Shown: positions 49,756 through 57,600, counted from the first letter of the stretch. The stretch: DNA of 64,000 nt from a virus (IMGVR_UViG_3300028048_000055:1-64000); one strand, 5' to 3'. A program made the numbers and translations. Notes: generated from the letters alone by a model not told the origin.

Positions 49756-49830
49756 GGGGGCAAAGGTTACTTTTCGCAACTTTTGCACAAAGAGTTCCTA
49801 ACTATATTGGTTCAATTCCAATAGCCTCCA
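49756..49830 (+). ncRNA. Ala-type acceptor/T-arm minihelix fused to a permuted TCCTA scaffold
   Basis: GGGGGC/GCCTCC-A with G3.U70; T-ACTTTT-C-GCAA-CTT-TTGC-ACA-AAGAGT-TCCTAA. Confidence 0.65.
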
Positions 49831-49840
49831 CTAAATTTAT

Positions 49841-49915
49841 GGGGCTGTAGCTCAGTTTTGGTGGAGCGGAAGACTGAAGATCTTCGCGTCGCAGGTTCGA
49901 TTCCTGCCGGGGGCA
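49841..49915 (+). tRNA. tRNA-Phe(GAA)-like, mismatched acceptor stem
   Basis: GGGGCTG vs CGGGGGC (three G.G pairs). Confidence 0.65.
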
Positions 49916-49922
49916 CTAATAT

Positions 49923-49997
49923 GGTTCTATCGTCTACGGAAGGCTAGGATGTAACCCTCTCAAGGTTATGAATTTGGTTCGACCCCAAATGGAACTA
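49923..49997 (+). tRNA. tRNA-Glu(CTC)
   Basis: cloverleaf. Confidence 0.88.
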
Positions 49998-50007
49998 TTA
50001 AAAATAT

Positions 50008-50081
50008 GGGACTTTAGAATATGCTGGTTAGTTCGCTGCCCTTTCAAGGCGGAAAGTCCGGATCATCGCCGGAAAGTCCTA
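50008..50081 (+). tRNA. tRNA-Glu(TTC)
   Basis: cloverleaf, paralog of 49216. Confidence 0.85.
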
Positions 50082-50090
50082 CTAAAATAT

Positions 50091-50164
50091 ATCCGATTAA
50101 CTCAGTGGTTCAGAGTGACGCTTTGACTAAGCGTAAGTCATAGGTTCGAATCCTTTATTGGGTA
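50091..50164 (+). tRNA. tRNA-Val(GAC)
   Basis: cloverleaf. Confidence 0.9.
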
Positions 50165-50168
50165 CTAT

Positions 50169-50245
50169 CCATAGGCATAACGATTGGTTTTCCGTTTGCC
50201 ACTCTGATAAGGTGGAGACTGTAGGTTCAAATCCTACCCTATGGA
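50169..50245 (+). tRNA. tRNA-Ile(GAT)
   Basis: cloverleaf. Confidence 0.85.
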
Positions 50246-50254
50246 CTAAAATAT

Positions 50255-50331
50255 CGGCAACTATCTCCTCGCTCTGATAAGGCGTTGAAAGAGTAATTGG
50301 TTACATGTAGGTTCAATTCCTATGTTGCCGA
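50255..50331 (+). tRNA. D-arm-less tRNA-Ile(GAT)-like RNA with expanded variable region
   Basis: perfect acceptor CGGCAAC/GTTGCCG and T arm; CTGATAA loop. Confidence 0.6.
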
Positions 50332-50395
50332 CTAAATTAAATTTTAATATTTAAAAGGATTGACATTAGTCAATCCTTTTTCTATATTATAGTAT

Positions 50396-51247
50396 ATGGG
50401 AAGAATTTTTAATAAAATGTATATTGTGTCTGGTGCGGTTAAACCTACTGATATATTGGACTATTATCGTTTTCAAACAAAGAAGATGTTAGATGATATT
50501 CCTTATGGTTATACTCATCAGTTATTTGATGAAGCCATTGAAGTTGATTCTACTGGAAAGCATATTGAATATGATAAATTCCACTGTGATAATTATTGGA
50601 CCACATCAGATGAAACACAGCTTAAAGATTTAAATTGTCATCGAGTTGCAAAGATTAACGGTGTTTGGATGACACTTGATATTGATCCGTTTGAAGACGA
50701 TGTAGTTGATTACCTTGAAGGAAATGGCTATTATCAGAAACTTGGTGAATATGGTTCAGGCTGGTTTGATAAAAATCATAGACCAGAATTTAAACAAGCA
50801 ATTTTTACGAGAATTCATCAGTCATTAAAATTAGAATGGGATTTTAAACATAATTGTTATGCTGGTATTGTTCCAAATATGAAAAAAGATGAACTTACAA
50901 TTTACGCTGGTGATCGCCCTTACAATTATAAAAAACAAATTGGTAATATTAAGGTTGACGGTAAAAAAGTAATTGTAAAAGTTAATGACGACATTTATGA
51001 ATTTGAAAAAGAAACTGATCAAGGCTTTATTGATTTCGTAAAACTTTGTCTTGATGCAAAAAATAAAGTTGTCTTTGGTCGTGAAACGGGTGAAACTGAA
51101 TGGGATAAGTCAGAATGGTCAGACCGTAGGATTATGACAGAAGCACGAATGAAAGCAAGGAATGTAACTCTCGATGAATTAACTAAAGATGAGATTACAT
51201 GGAAGCAAGAAGATTTTAACAAACTTTTTAATGCATATAATGAATGA
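50396..51247 (+). CDS. hypothetical protein
   Basis: 283 aa ORF after promoter. Confidence 0.7.
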   Translation: MGRIFNKMYIVSGAVKPTDILDYYRFQTKKMLDDIPYGYTHQLFDEAIEVDSTGKHIEYDKFHCDNYWTTSDETQLKDLNCHRVAKINGVWMTLDIDPFEDDVVDYLEGNGYYQKLGEYGSGWFDKNHRPEFKQAIFTRIHQSLKLEWDFKHNCYAGIVPNMKKDELTIYAGDRPYNYKKQIGNIKVDGKKVIVKVNDDIYEFEKETDQGFIDFVKLCLDAKNKVVFGRETGETEWDKSEWSDRRIMTEARMKARNVTLDELTKDEITWKQEDFNKLFNAYNE

Positions 51248-51353
51248 GTTATTTCTTGGTGAAATAGACGCCACAGTTTAAGTAAAAGAGATTAAGTAAT
51301 AAAAATAAGGATTGACTAATGTCAATCCTTATTTAAATTTTTATAATAATTTA

Positions 51354-51848
51354 TTAATTTCCTTCTATAGAATTACAAAAGCTATTAACGAAATTTGTTG
51401 CATAATCTTTTACTTTTGCTTCAAATTCTTGACTATCTGTATCTGTTAATAACTCACCGTCTTCATCATATTCTAACAGATCGTCGATTAAACCAGCACC
51501 ATTAAGTTCAAAATTATCTATATTTGCAAGGCGTAATAATGTTACGCGCTCACGTGGACTAAGGGTTTCTTTATTTAATGCTTTTTGCATTATTCGTATA
51601 TCAGCATCCCTATCTAAATAACACAACCCACCATATGTTATATCATCAGGACCATAATTAATAAAACCTATTACTTGTTTAATTAATTCATTTCTGTCTG
51701 ATGTTACCGCCTTGACATATGCCCATTCTGGTCTTTCATGTGCACGATCGCCAGATATTTCATAAAACATATATGTTGGACTATTATTTTCTTTAATCAG
51801 CTTATAGCCAGCAGATTTAAGAGTTTTTATAGCTTCATTTAAATTCAT
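51354..51848 (-). CDS. hypothetical late protein
   Basis: TATAAATA and AAGGAG upstream on - strand; EAIKTLKSAGY motif. Confidence 0.7.
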   Translation of the reverse strand: MNLNEAIKTLKSAGYKLIKENNSPTYMFYEISGDRAHERPEWAYVKAVTSDRNELIKQVIGFINYGPDDITYGGLCYLDRDADIRIMQKALNKETLSPRERVTLLRLANIDNFELNGAGLIDDLLEYDEDGELLTDTDSQEFEAKVKDYATNFVNSFCNSIEGN

Positions 51849-51901
51849 TTGATGTTCTCCTTAAATTATATATTATTTATAAAAAAAATTATTTTAGGGG
51901 G

Positions 51902-51930
51902 TTTACAAGAGTTAAATAATTTACTATATT
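51902..51930 (+). promoter_or_regulatory. sigma70-type promoter of tRNA block 4
   Basis: TTTACA-N17-TATATT. Confidence 0.8.
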
Positions 51931-51951
51931 TAACAACGTAAATAAAACAAG

Positions 51952-52071
51952 AATAGCAAAAGCGGTTCCTATAACCAGAGGAATAGCTTAGTTGGTTAGA
52001 GCAACGCAGCAATGCGGAGGCCGTCGGTTCGAGTCCGATTTCCCCTACCATCAAGTTTACTGCTCGCTATT
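51952..52071 (+). ncRNA. TCCTAT scaffold copy 6 enclosing an anticodon-less tRNA body (51977-52050, GCAA loop, CCA)
   Basis: AATAGC/GCTATT, AGCGGT/ACTGCT. Confidence 0.75.
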
Positions 52072-52121
52072 TTTACAAAAACAGGAAAAAATTTTTTATA
52101 TATAATATAAAGGTTAAGAAA

Positions 52122-52223
52122 ATGACAAAGTTTGTAGTTGATATGCATGATGTTGATACTCGCCGCGATGGACGAGGTTTCGGCAAGCATGATAAGGATC
52201 GCTACAGACACAGGGTCATTTGA
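52122..52223 (+). CDS. attenuator leader peptide 4 MTKFVVDMHDVDTRRDGRGFGKHDKDRYRHRVI
   Basis: AAGGT SD; D6 R6 G3 K3 H3. Confidence 0.9.
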   Translation: MTKFVVDMHDVDTRRDGRGFGKHDKDRYRHRVI

Positions 52224-52250
52224 TATTAACTATATAAAGAGTTTATAAAG

Positions 52251-52283
52251 ATGATTCCTGTGTAAAAACGGGAATCATTTTTT
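52251..52283 (+). terminator. attenuator terminator 4
   Basis: ATGATTCCTG/CGGGAATCAT plus T tract. Confidence 0.88.
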
Positions 52284-52287
52284 ATTT

Positions 52288-52358
52288 GGTCTCATCGTTT
52301 AATGGATGGACACTAGCTTGTCACGCTAGAAGTACGGGATCGTGACCCGTTGAGACCG
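52288..52358 (+). tRNA. tRNA-Asp(GTC)
   Basis: cloverleaf. Confidence 0.88.
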
Positions 52359-52365
52359 CTAATAA

Positions 52366-52430
52366 AATAGCATAAGAAGTTCCTATTGAAAAATACAGAC
52401 TGCAAATCCGTTAATATACTTCTCGCTATT
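52366..52430 (+). ncRNA. TCCTAT scaffold copy 7 (Cys GCA anticodon loop)
   Basis: AATAGC/GCTATT, AGAAGT/ACTTCT; ACAGA-CTGCAAA-TCCGT. Confidence 0.75.
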
Positions 52431-52435
52431 AATTT

Positions 52436-52509
52436 GGTACCTTAGTTCAGTTGGTTAGAATGCCAGCCTGTCACGCTGGAGGTCACGAGATCGAAGCTCG
52501 TAGGTATCG
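52436..52509 (+). tRNA. tRNA-Asp(GTC)
   Basis: cloverleaf. Confidence 0.92.
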
Positions 52510-52566
52510 TTAAGTCTGTTAAATTATTTTTGACAGGTTCGAAGAATAAAGAATTATATATAATAT

Positions 52567-53331
52567 ATGAATTACAGAAACATATATTATAAGATAATTG
52601 AGAAAGCAAAAAACGAGGATAAAAATGGACACAGACAGTTAGGTTATTTTGAAAAACATCATATATTACCTAAGTCATTAGGCGGTAGTAATGATAAAAA
52701 TAATTTAGTTAAACTTACAGCACGTGAACATTTTATTTGTCATTGGCTACTTGTTAAAATGTATGATAAAGGAACTGATGAAAGAAATAAAATGCTATGT
52801 GCTCTTTGGCGAATGCGTTCAAATCCATTACAAAATCATATACGGTATACTAATGCTAGAACATATGAAAATTTAAGAATAGAATATTCAAAAATTATAA
52901 GTAATCAAATGCATATTATACAAATGGGTAAAAACAATTCACAATTTGGAACTAAATGGTATACAAATAGAAATACAGGAGAAAGTAAAAAATTTAAAGA
53001 AAAACCAAAAGAAGAATATTGGATTGAAGGTAGAAATTTGTTTCATGGCGAAAGCAGTGTATTAAAAATAAAATTAATAACATTACGACATACTGAAACT
53101 AAAGTGCCGCAAAAAAATTATTTAAAATCAGTTGATGATGCACATAAATTATGGGATGAGTTTCATTCTGGAACTTATGAAAAATTAGATGACTTTGCTA
53201 AAATACACAATAAAACTAGAAGTGCAATATTTGTAAAATTTAAAAGATATATACCAGCATTTAATACAGATAAAAAACGTAGTTGCAGAAGTTATAAATC
53301 AAATAATATATTAATTGGAAAATATGAATAA
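52567..53331 (+). CDS. HNH homing endonuclease
   Basis: EKHHILPKSLGG...NLVKLTAREHFICHWLL. Confidence 0.9.
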   Translation: MNYRNIYYKIIEKAKNEDKNGHRQLGYFEKHHILPKSLGGSNDKNNLVKLTAREHFICHWLLVKMYDKGTDERNKMLCALWRMRSNPLQNHIRYTNARTYENLRIEYSKIISNQMHIIQMGKNNSQFGTKWYTNRNTGESKKFKEKPKEEYWIEGRNLFHGESSVLKIKLITLRHTETKVPQKNYLKSVDDAHKLWDEFHSGTYEKLDDFAKIHNKTRSAIFVKFKRYIPAFNTDKKRSCRSYKSNNILIGKYE

Positions 53332-53344
53332 TAGTTTTGAATAT

Positions 53345-53419
53345 AGTCTCGTAGGCTAAGTGGATTTAAACCAGAAGACTACGAATCTTCAATTTCCAGT
53401 TCGAATCTGGACGAGACTA
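53345..53419 (+). tRNA. tRNA-Arg(ACG)
   Basis: cloverleaf. Confidence 0.88.
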
Positions 53420-53567
53420 CTAGAGTTGTCAGCTTAACAACTTTAAATAAATGAGTTCCTGGAGTTTGTAGGTAGCTTCTGCACAAAATCAAAAACCTTC
53501 ATTATGCGGTGGGAGTTTTGCTGGCTTCTCGTGTCCGACACCGGGCAGATAAAAAACCAGTATTTAT

Positions 53568-53641
53568 GCGGTAGTAGCTCAACTGGTAGAGCACCGGATT
53601 GCCATTTCGGAGGTTTGTGGGTTCGAGACCCATCTACCGCT
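53568..53641 (+). tRNA. tRNA-Gly(GCC)
   Basis: cloverleaf, U73. Confidence 0.92.
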
Positions 53642-53650
53642 CTAAAATTT

Positions 53651-53722
53651 GGATCTGTAACTCAGAGGAAGAGTACCTGCCTCTTAAGCAGGGAGTCGTG
53701 ATATCGTAATTCACCAGGTCCA
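53651..53722 (+). tRNA. tRNA-Lys(CTT)
   Basis: cloverleaf. Confidence 0.88.
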
Positions 53723-53737
53723 TTAAAAAATTTCATC

Positions 53738-53808
53738 CCATGTGTAGTGTAACGGTAGCACGCAAGTTTGTGGCACTTGAAGATTGGATTCGACTTCCAA
53801 CCTATGGA
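53738..53808 (+). tRNA. tRNA-His(GTG), no encoded G-1, A73
   Basis: cloverleaf. Confidence 0.8.
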
Positions 53809-53812
53809 TAAT

Positions 53813-53884
53813 GCGGTTATGGTGTAACTGGCAACATAATAGTCTTCCAAACTGTAGTTTCGGGATCGTACCCCGATAGCCGCT
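53813..53884 (+). tRNA. tRNA-Gly(TCC)
   Basis: cloverleaf, U73. Confidence 0.88.
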
Positions 53885-53887
53885 CTA

Positions 53888-54607
53888 ATGAATTACTTAG
53901 AATTAAATGATAAAGGTAAGCTCGGAAGTGATGAGCAAAAATTGGCCGACTATTTTGGAGTCGGTCATTATACTACATTTTATAAAAAGCATTTTTTACA
54001 AAATAAAATAAAACTCACTAAGGATGATTTTATTGCAGGCGTAATTCCAGTAATGTTTTGCGCTATGAAAAAACTTAACATTGATTATAAGCATGATGAT
54101 TATCCTGAACAGCTACAAAAATATCTTCATCGTAGAATTTGGGAATCGACTCTTGGTCGTATAAAAACTAGTGTCTTTAATGATTATCTATTTGGACCTG
54201 TTTTTATTAAACCAAAAGATAAATTAAAAAAGTTTACTGGTTTTGTTTTAAATTCAAGAGATGATTGGCTTCTTACTGAAGGCGCAGGCGATAGCACGAA
54301 AATTATCTGTTCAAAACCGGTAAAATGGGTTACAGAATATCGTATTCCTGTAATTAATGGCGTCGCAAGAGATTATTGTCATTATTTTGGAAATCCAGGT
54401 ATATTTGTAGATAAGGCTGTAATTCAAAATATGATAGGTGATTGGAAAGATTCTCCAAAAGCATATTGCTTGGATGTTGGAGTCTTAGATACTGGAGAAA
54501 CTGCATTAATAGAAGTTAATGATGCATTTAGCTGCGGTAGTTACTCAATGAGTGCTGAAACCTATGGTGATTTACTGACAACAAGATGGAATGAGTTAAA
54601 AGGTTGA
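53888..54607 (+). CDS. ATP-grasp (R2K/DUF4343-like) protein
   Basis: DYPEQL, FIKP..K.FTG, EYR, LDVG..LIEVND. Confidence 0.8.
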   Translation: MNYLELNDKGKLGSDEQKLADYFGVGHYTTFYKKHFLQNKIKLTKDDFIAGVIPVMFCAMKKLNIDYKHDDYPEQLQKYLHRRIWESTLGRIKTSVFNDYLFGPVFIKPKDKLKKFTGFVLNSRDDWLLTEGAGDSTKIICSKPVKWVTEYRIPVINGVARDYCHYFGNPGIFVDKAVIQNMIGDWKDSPKAYCLDVGVLDTGETALIEVNDAFSCGSYSMSAETYGDLLTTRWNELKG

Positions 54608-54638
54608 CGAAAGTCAACCTTTTTTCTATATTTAAATT

Positions 54639-54953
54639 ATGTTCAAAAAGTTGGTTAAAAAAATATTAAAAGAAAACCTACCAGTAATTGAATTTGTCGA
54701 TTATACTGGTGAATATCCATGTCTTTGTTCAGGGACATTGACTATTAAAGTTAACGGCAAAGAATATGAAATCGACCATTTGCGTTCCGGTGGACATGTT
54801 TGGTTTGATGATGATTGGGGTGATCATGTCGAGACAGGGCCGTGGCGCATTGACGAAGACGATATACCAGAAGAAATTCGGCAGTATAAGGACGAAATAG
54901 AGGATGTTGTCAATAAACACGTGCCGCATGGCTGTTGTGGTGGTTGTGTTTAA
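54639..54953 (+). CDS. hypothetical phage protein
   Basis: YPCLCSG...HGCCGGCV. Confidence 0.7.
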   Translation: MFKKLVKKILKENLPVIEFVDYTGEYPCLCSGTLTIKVNGKEYEIDHLRSGGHVWFDDDWGDHVETGPWRIDEDDIPEEIRQYKDEIEDVVNKHVPHGCCGGCV

Positions 54954-55017
54954 TAGGATAAAGGTTGACGAAAGTCAATCTTTTTTCTATATTATAATAT
55001 GGAATAAAGGATTAATA

Positions 55018-55398
55018 ATGGATATTCTTAAATGTATGGGTTTATTAGCTGCATCGATTATGGTTTTCATAATTGCTGGAGGCGGAGCTGATTTACATAA
55101 GGATAGATCTACTTATGTCGAAAAGACTTATGAAAAGTCAGAACTCATTAATGCTGGTAAAGTGTTAGTGGAAATGCATACAATTATCGATGACGGTATT
55201 ACAAGACGAGTTTTAAAGTCTCAGATTCTTGTTGATTCTATTCAAGAAAGAGATGTAGAATATCTTAATTCTGCTATAAAAAATATGACCTATAATAATA
55301 TTGTTGCCAGACAGCATGAAATTGACAATAAGACGGGTAGTTATAGGGATAATATTATCATAAATCCGACTTTGGAAATGACTCCAGTAAATTATTAA
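55018..55398 (+). CDS. membrane-anchored protein, paralog of 3965/5034
   Basis: TM plus IIDDGITRRVLKSQILVDSI. Confidence 0.65.
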   Translation: MDILKCMGLLAASIMVFIIAGGGADLHKDRSTYVEKTYEKSELINAGKVLVEMHTIIDDGITRRVLKSQILVDSIQERDVEYLNSAIKNMTYNNIVARQHEIDNKTGSYRDNIIINPTLEMTPVNY

Positions 55399-55408
55399 GA
55401 GATTTAAT

Positions 55409-55852
55409 ATGAGAAGACTATTTATTATTAGAAAAGATTTACATCTTACAGGCGGTAAACTAGCCGCCATGATAGGACATTGTGCAGAATGTTATTGGAT
55501 GAACTTAATTAAATCTGCCAATCGACCGTTTAATGACGGTCCAGGTACATTAGTATCTTTTGTCATCGACGATGATGTTATGCAAAATTATATTCAAGGT
55601 ATTTTCACTAAGACCATTTGTGAAGCAAAGAACCTTAATCATTTGATGAAGGTTGTTGATATTGCTAAAAAACTTGGTCTTGTTGAAGGTACTGATTACG
55701 GTTTTATCGATGATGTATGTAAGACAGAACTTACTCCAGAATTTACCGATGAAAATGGTGTTGACCGTTGTCGTGTAGGAATCTGGTTTAAACCGTTGTC
55801 GGATGAAATCAGTCATAAGCTTAGTAAGAAATATCAATTATACAAGGGTTGA
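55409..55852 (+). CDS. peptidyl-tRNA hydrolase 2 (Pth2)-like protein
   Basis: IIRKDL...GKLAAMIGH, TKTIC, IDD.C.TE motifs. Confidence 0.85.
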   Translation: MRRLFIIRKDLHLTGGKLAAMIGHCAECYWMNLIKSANRPFNDGPGTLVSFVIDDDVMQNYIQGIFTKTICEAKNLNHLMKVVDIAKKLGLVEGTDYGFIDDVCKTELTPEFTDENGVDRCRVGIWFKPLSDEISHKLSKKYQLYKG

Positions 55853-56328
55853 TTATGAAAAATGAAAGAGTATTTACTAACGGTAATGAAGTATCTAAAG
55901 CATCAATGGTTCTTTTTGACATTAATGCCCATGTAAAAGAAATTGCAAAAAAATATAAAAATTATGCAATGACTGCATTTAATGAGTTTAAAGAAGTCAT
56001 GTATATTGCTAAAACTGATAAACGGTTTAAAGTTACTAAAGGCTTAAAACTAAAGCAGTCTTTTATTGACAAGACAAAGCAGACGCTTGTATTTCATTTT
56101 CAGGATGTAGTTGATAAAGTTAATTGCGAACTTGTCATGCAACCTTATTGTCGGGATTCTGATAGTCCTGAAGCAGAACTTGATTATGGTTATCATCTTT
56201 ATCTTGAAATGGAAAAAAATAAAGAAACAACTACCTTAAGTGATCCAGCACGAGACTTTGAAGAACGATATGAAAAATATAAAAATGAATTATTGGATTC
56301 TTTAAAATACAAGAACAAAAAATCCTAA
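55849..56328 (+). CDS. hypothetical protein
   Basis: ORF in operon. Confidence 0.6.
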   Translation: MIMKNERVFTNGNEVSKASMVLFDINAHVKEIAKKYKNYAMTAFNEFKEVMYIAKTDKRFKVTKGLKLKQSFIDKTKQTLVFHFQDVVDKVNCELVMQPYCRDSDSPEAELDYGYHLYLEMEKNKETTTLSDPARDFEERYEKYKNELLDSLKYKNKKS

Positions 56329-56364
56329 AAAATTAAATTACGAAATATAGGAATTATATTCACG

Positions 56365-56946
56365 ATGTTATACGATGATTTTAAAAAGGTTCTAGATCAG
56401 CAAGGAATCGGTATAGTTGCAGATGGAATAGGAAATGCTGCTATCTATTATATTGTCAAGGCCGGCGATGGCCGTAAGGATATACATATTGATCTTGGTG
56501 GCTATTGCGATATGGAACCGTTCAAGTGGTCTGTTGATTCTGAATGGAATGTAGCGAAAAATACGAAAAACTATCATGGTCAACCGTGGGATATCATTTC
56601 CGTGAAATCTGAATATGTCGATAGCGAATTTGGTGGTGGTTATTATGATATAGATACAAAAACCTATCTTGCAGACGAAGAATATCTGAAGCAAATCATC
56701 GCGGCAAAAGACAAACTATTGTCTATATTACCGGAATTGACGGAAATGAGCAAAGCTGTTTTCGATGATGCAATGAAAGATGTCTTTAGCTTAAGTATCG
56801 AGAAAAACTACATATCAAAGAAATGGGTTGGGCATCTTACTTATAAAGGCATAAGAAAACATACAAAAAGTTGTACTAGTTTCTTCGAAGCCAAAGAAGA
56901 GCTCGATAAGCTCTATACTGAGGCTTATGCTATGGACCATTCCTAA
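56365..56946 (+). CDS. hypothetical protein
   Basis: 193 aa ORF. Confidence 0.65.
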   Translation: MLYDDFKKVLDQQGIGIVADGIGNAAIYYIVKAGDGRKDIHIDLGGYCDMEPFKWSVDSEWNVAKNTKNYHGQPWDIISVKSEYVDSEFGGGYYDIDTKTYLADEEYLKQIIAAKDKLLSILPELTEMSKAVFDDAMKDVFSLSIEKNYISKKWVGHLTYKGIRKHTKSCTSFFEAKEELDKLYTEAYAMDHS

Positions 56947-57041
56947 GTATCAATTAAATAAACCAATATTACTAGTCCAGAATATACAAAATTACGTAAT
57001 TCACCAGAATTCAAGAAATTGATTCATAATGAGGAATAAAT

Positions 57042-57272
57042 ATGGCCAATCCAAAAGAAAAATATTTTAATATTGATACTGATGAAGTTGTATGTCCATA
57101 TTGTGGTGCTGAAGTAATGGATTCATGGGAATTACCTGATTGTGATGATATTGAATGCTGGGAATGTGGAAAGAAATTTCATTATGAAAGAGAAGTAACT
57201 GTAACTTACTGGTCACATAGAATTAAAGACGATGGTAAAGTAGATTATAAAGATGAATTAATTGAACAATAA
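57042..57272 (+). CDS. small zinc-ribbon protein
   Basis: CPYCG...CWECG. Confidence 0.75.
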   Translation: MANPKEKYFNIDTDEVVCPYCGAEVMDSWELPDCDDIECWECGKKFHYEREVTVTYWSHRIKDDGKVDYKDELIEQ

Positions 57273-57285
57273 TTTATTTTTAGGG

Positions 57286-57314
57286 TTTACAAACAGAAAA
57301 TAATTTACTATATT
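57286..57314 (+). promoter_or_regulatory. sigma70-type promoter of tRNA block 5
   Basis: TTTACA-N17-TATATT. Confidence 0.8.
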
Positions 57315-57376
57315 TAACAACGTAAAATAACAAAAAAGAAGAAAAAAATTTTATATATAATATAAAGGTTTAAAAA

Positions 57377-57463
57377 ATGAAGACTCTTAGTTTAACACTT
57401 GTCCTACTCAGTAGCCTGCTCCTCAGCTGGTTATTGCGTCGTAATATAGTGGGAACTAAGTAG
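57377..57463 (+). CDS. attenuator leader peptide 5 MKTLSLTLVLLSSLLLSWLLRRNIVGTK
   Basis: AAGGT SD; L10 (all six codons), S4 (all AGY), W1. Confidence 0.9.
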   Translation: MKTLSLTLVLLSSLLLSWLLRRNIVGTK

Positions 57464-57491
57464 TTCGGTTTTTTAATCGTATGAATTTATA

Positions 57492-57524
57492 AAGGTTCCC
57501 ATAAGTTGGGGACCTTAATTTTTT
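57492..57524 (+). terminator. attenuator terminator 5
   Basis: AAGGTTCCCA/TGGGGACCTT plus T tract. Confidence 0.85.
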
Positions 57525-57528
57525 ATAT

Positions 57529-57600
57529 AGCTCTATGAGGTAACGGTAGCCTACGAGACTCCAAATCTGCGAAATCCCTGTTCGAATCGGGGTAGGGCTG
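57529..57600 (+). tRNA. tRNA-Trp(CCA), imperfect anticodon stem
   Basis: CGAGA-CTCCAAA-TCTGC, G73. Confidence 0.8.
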
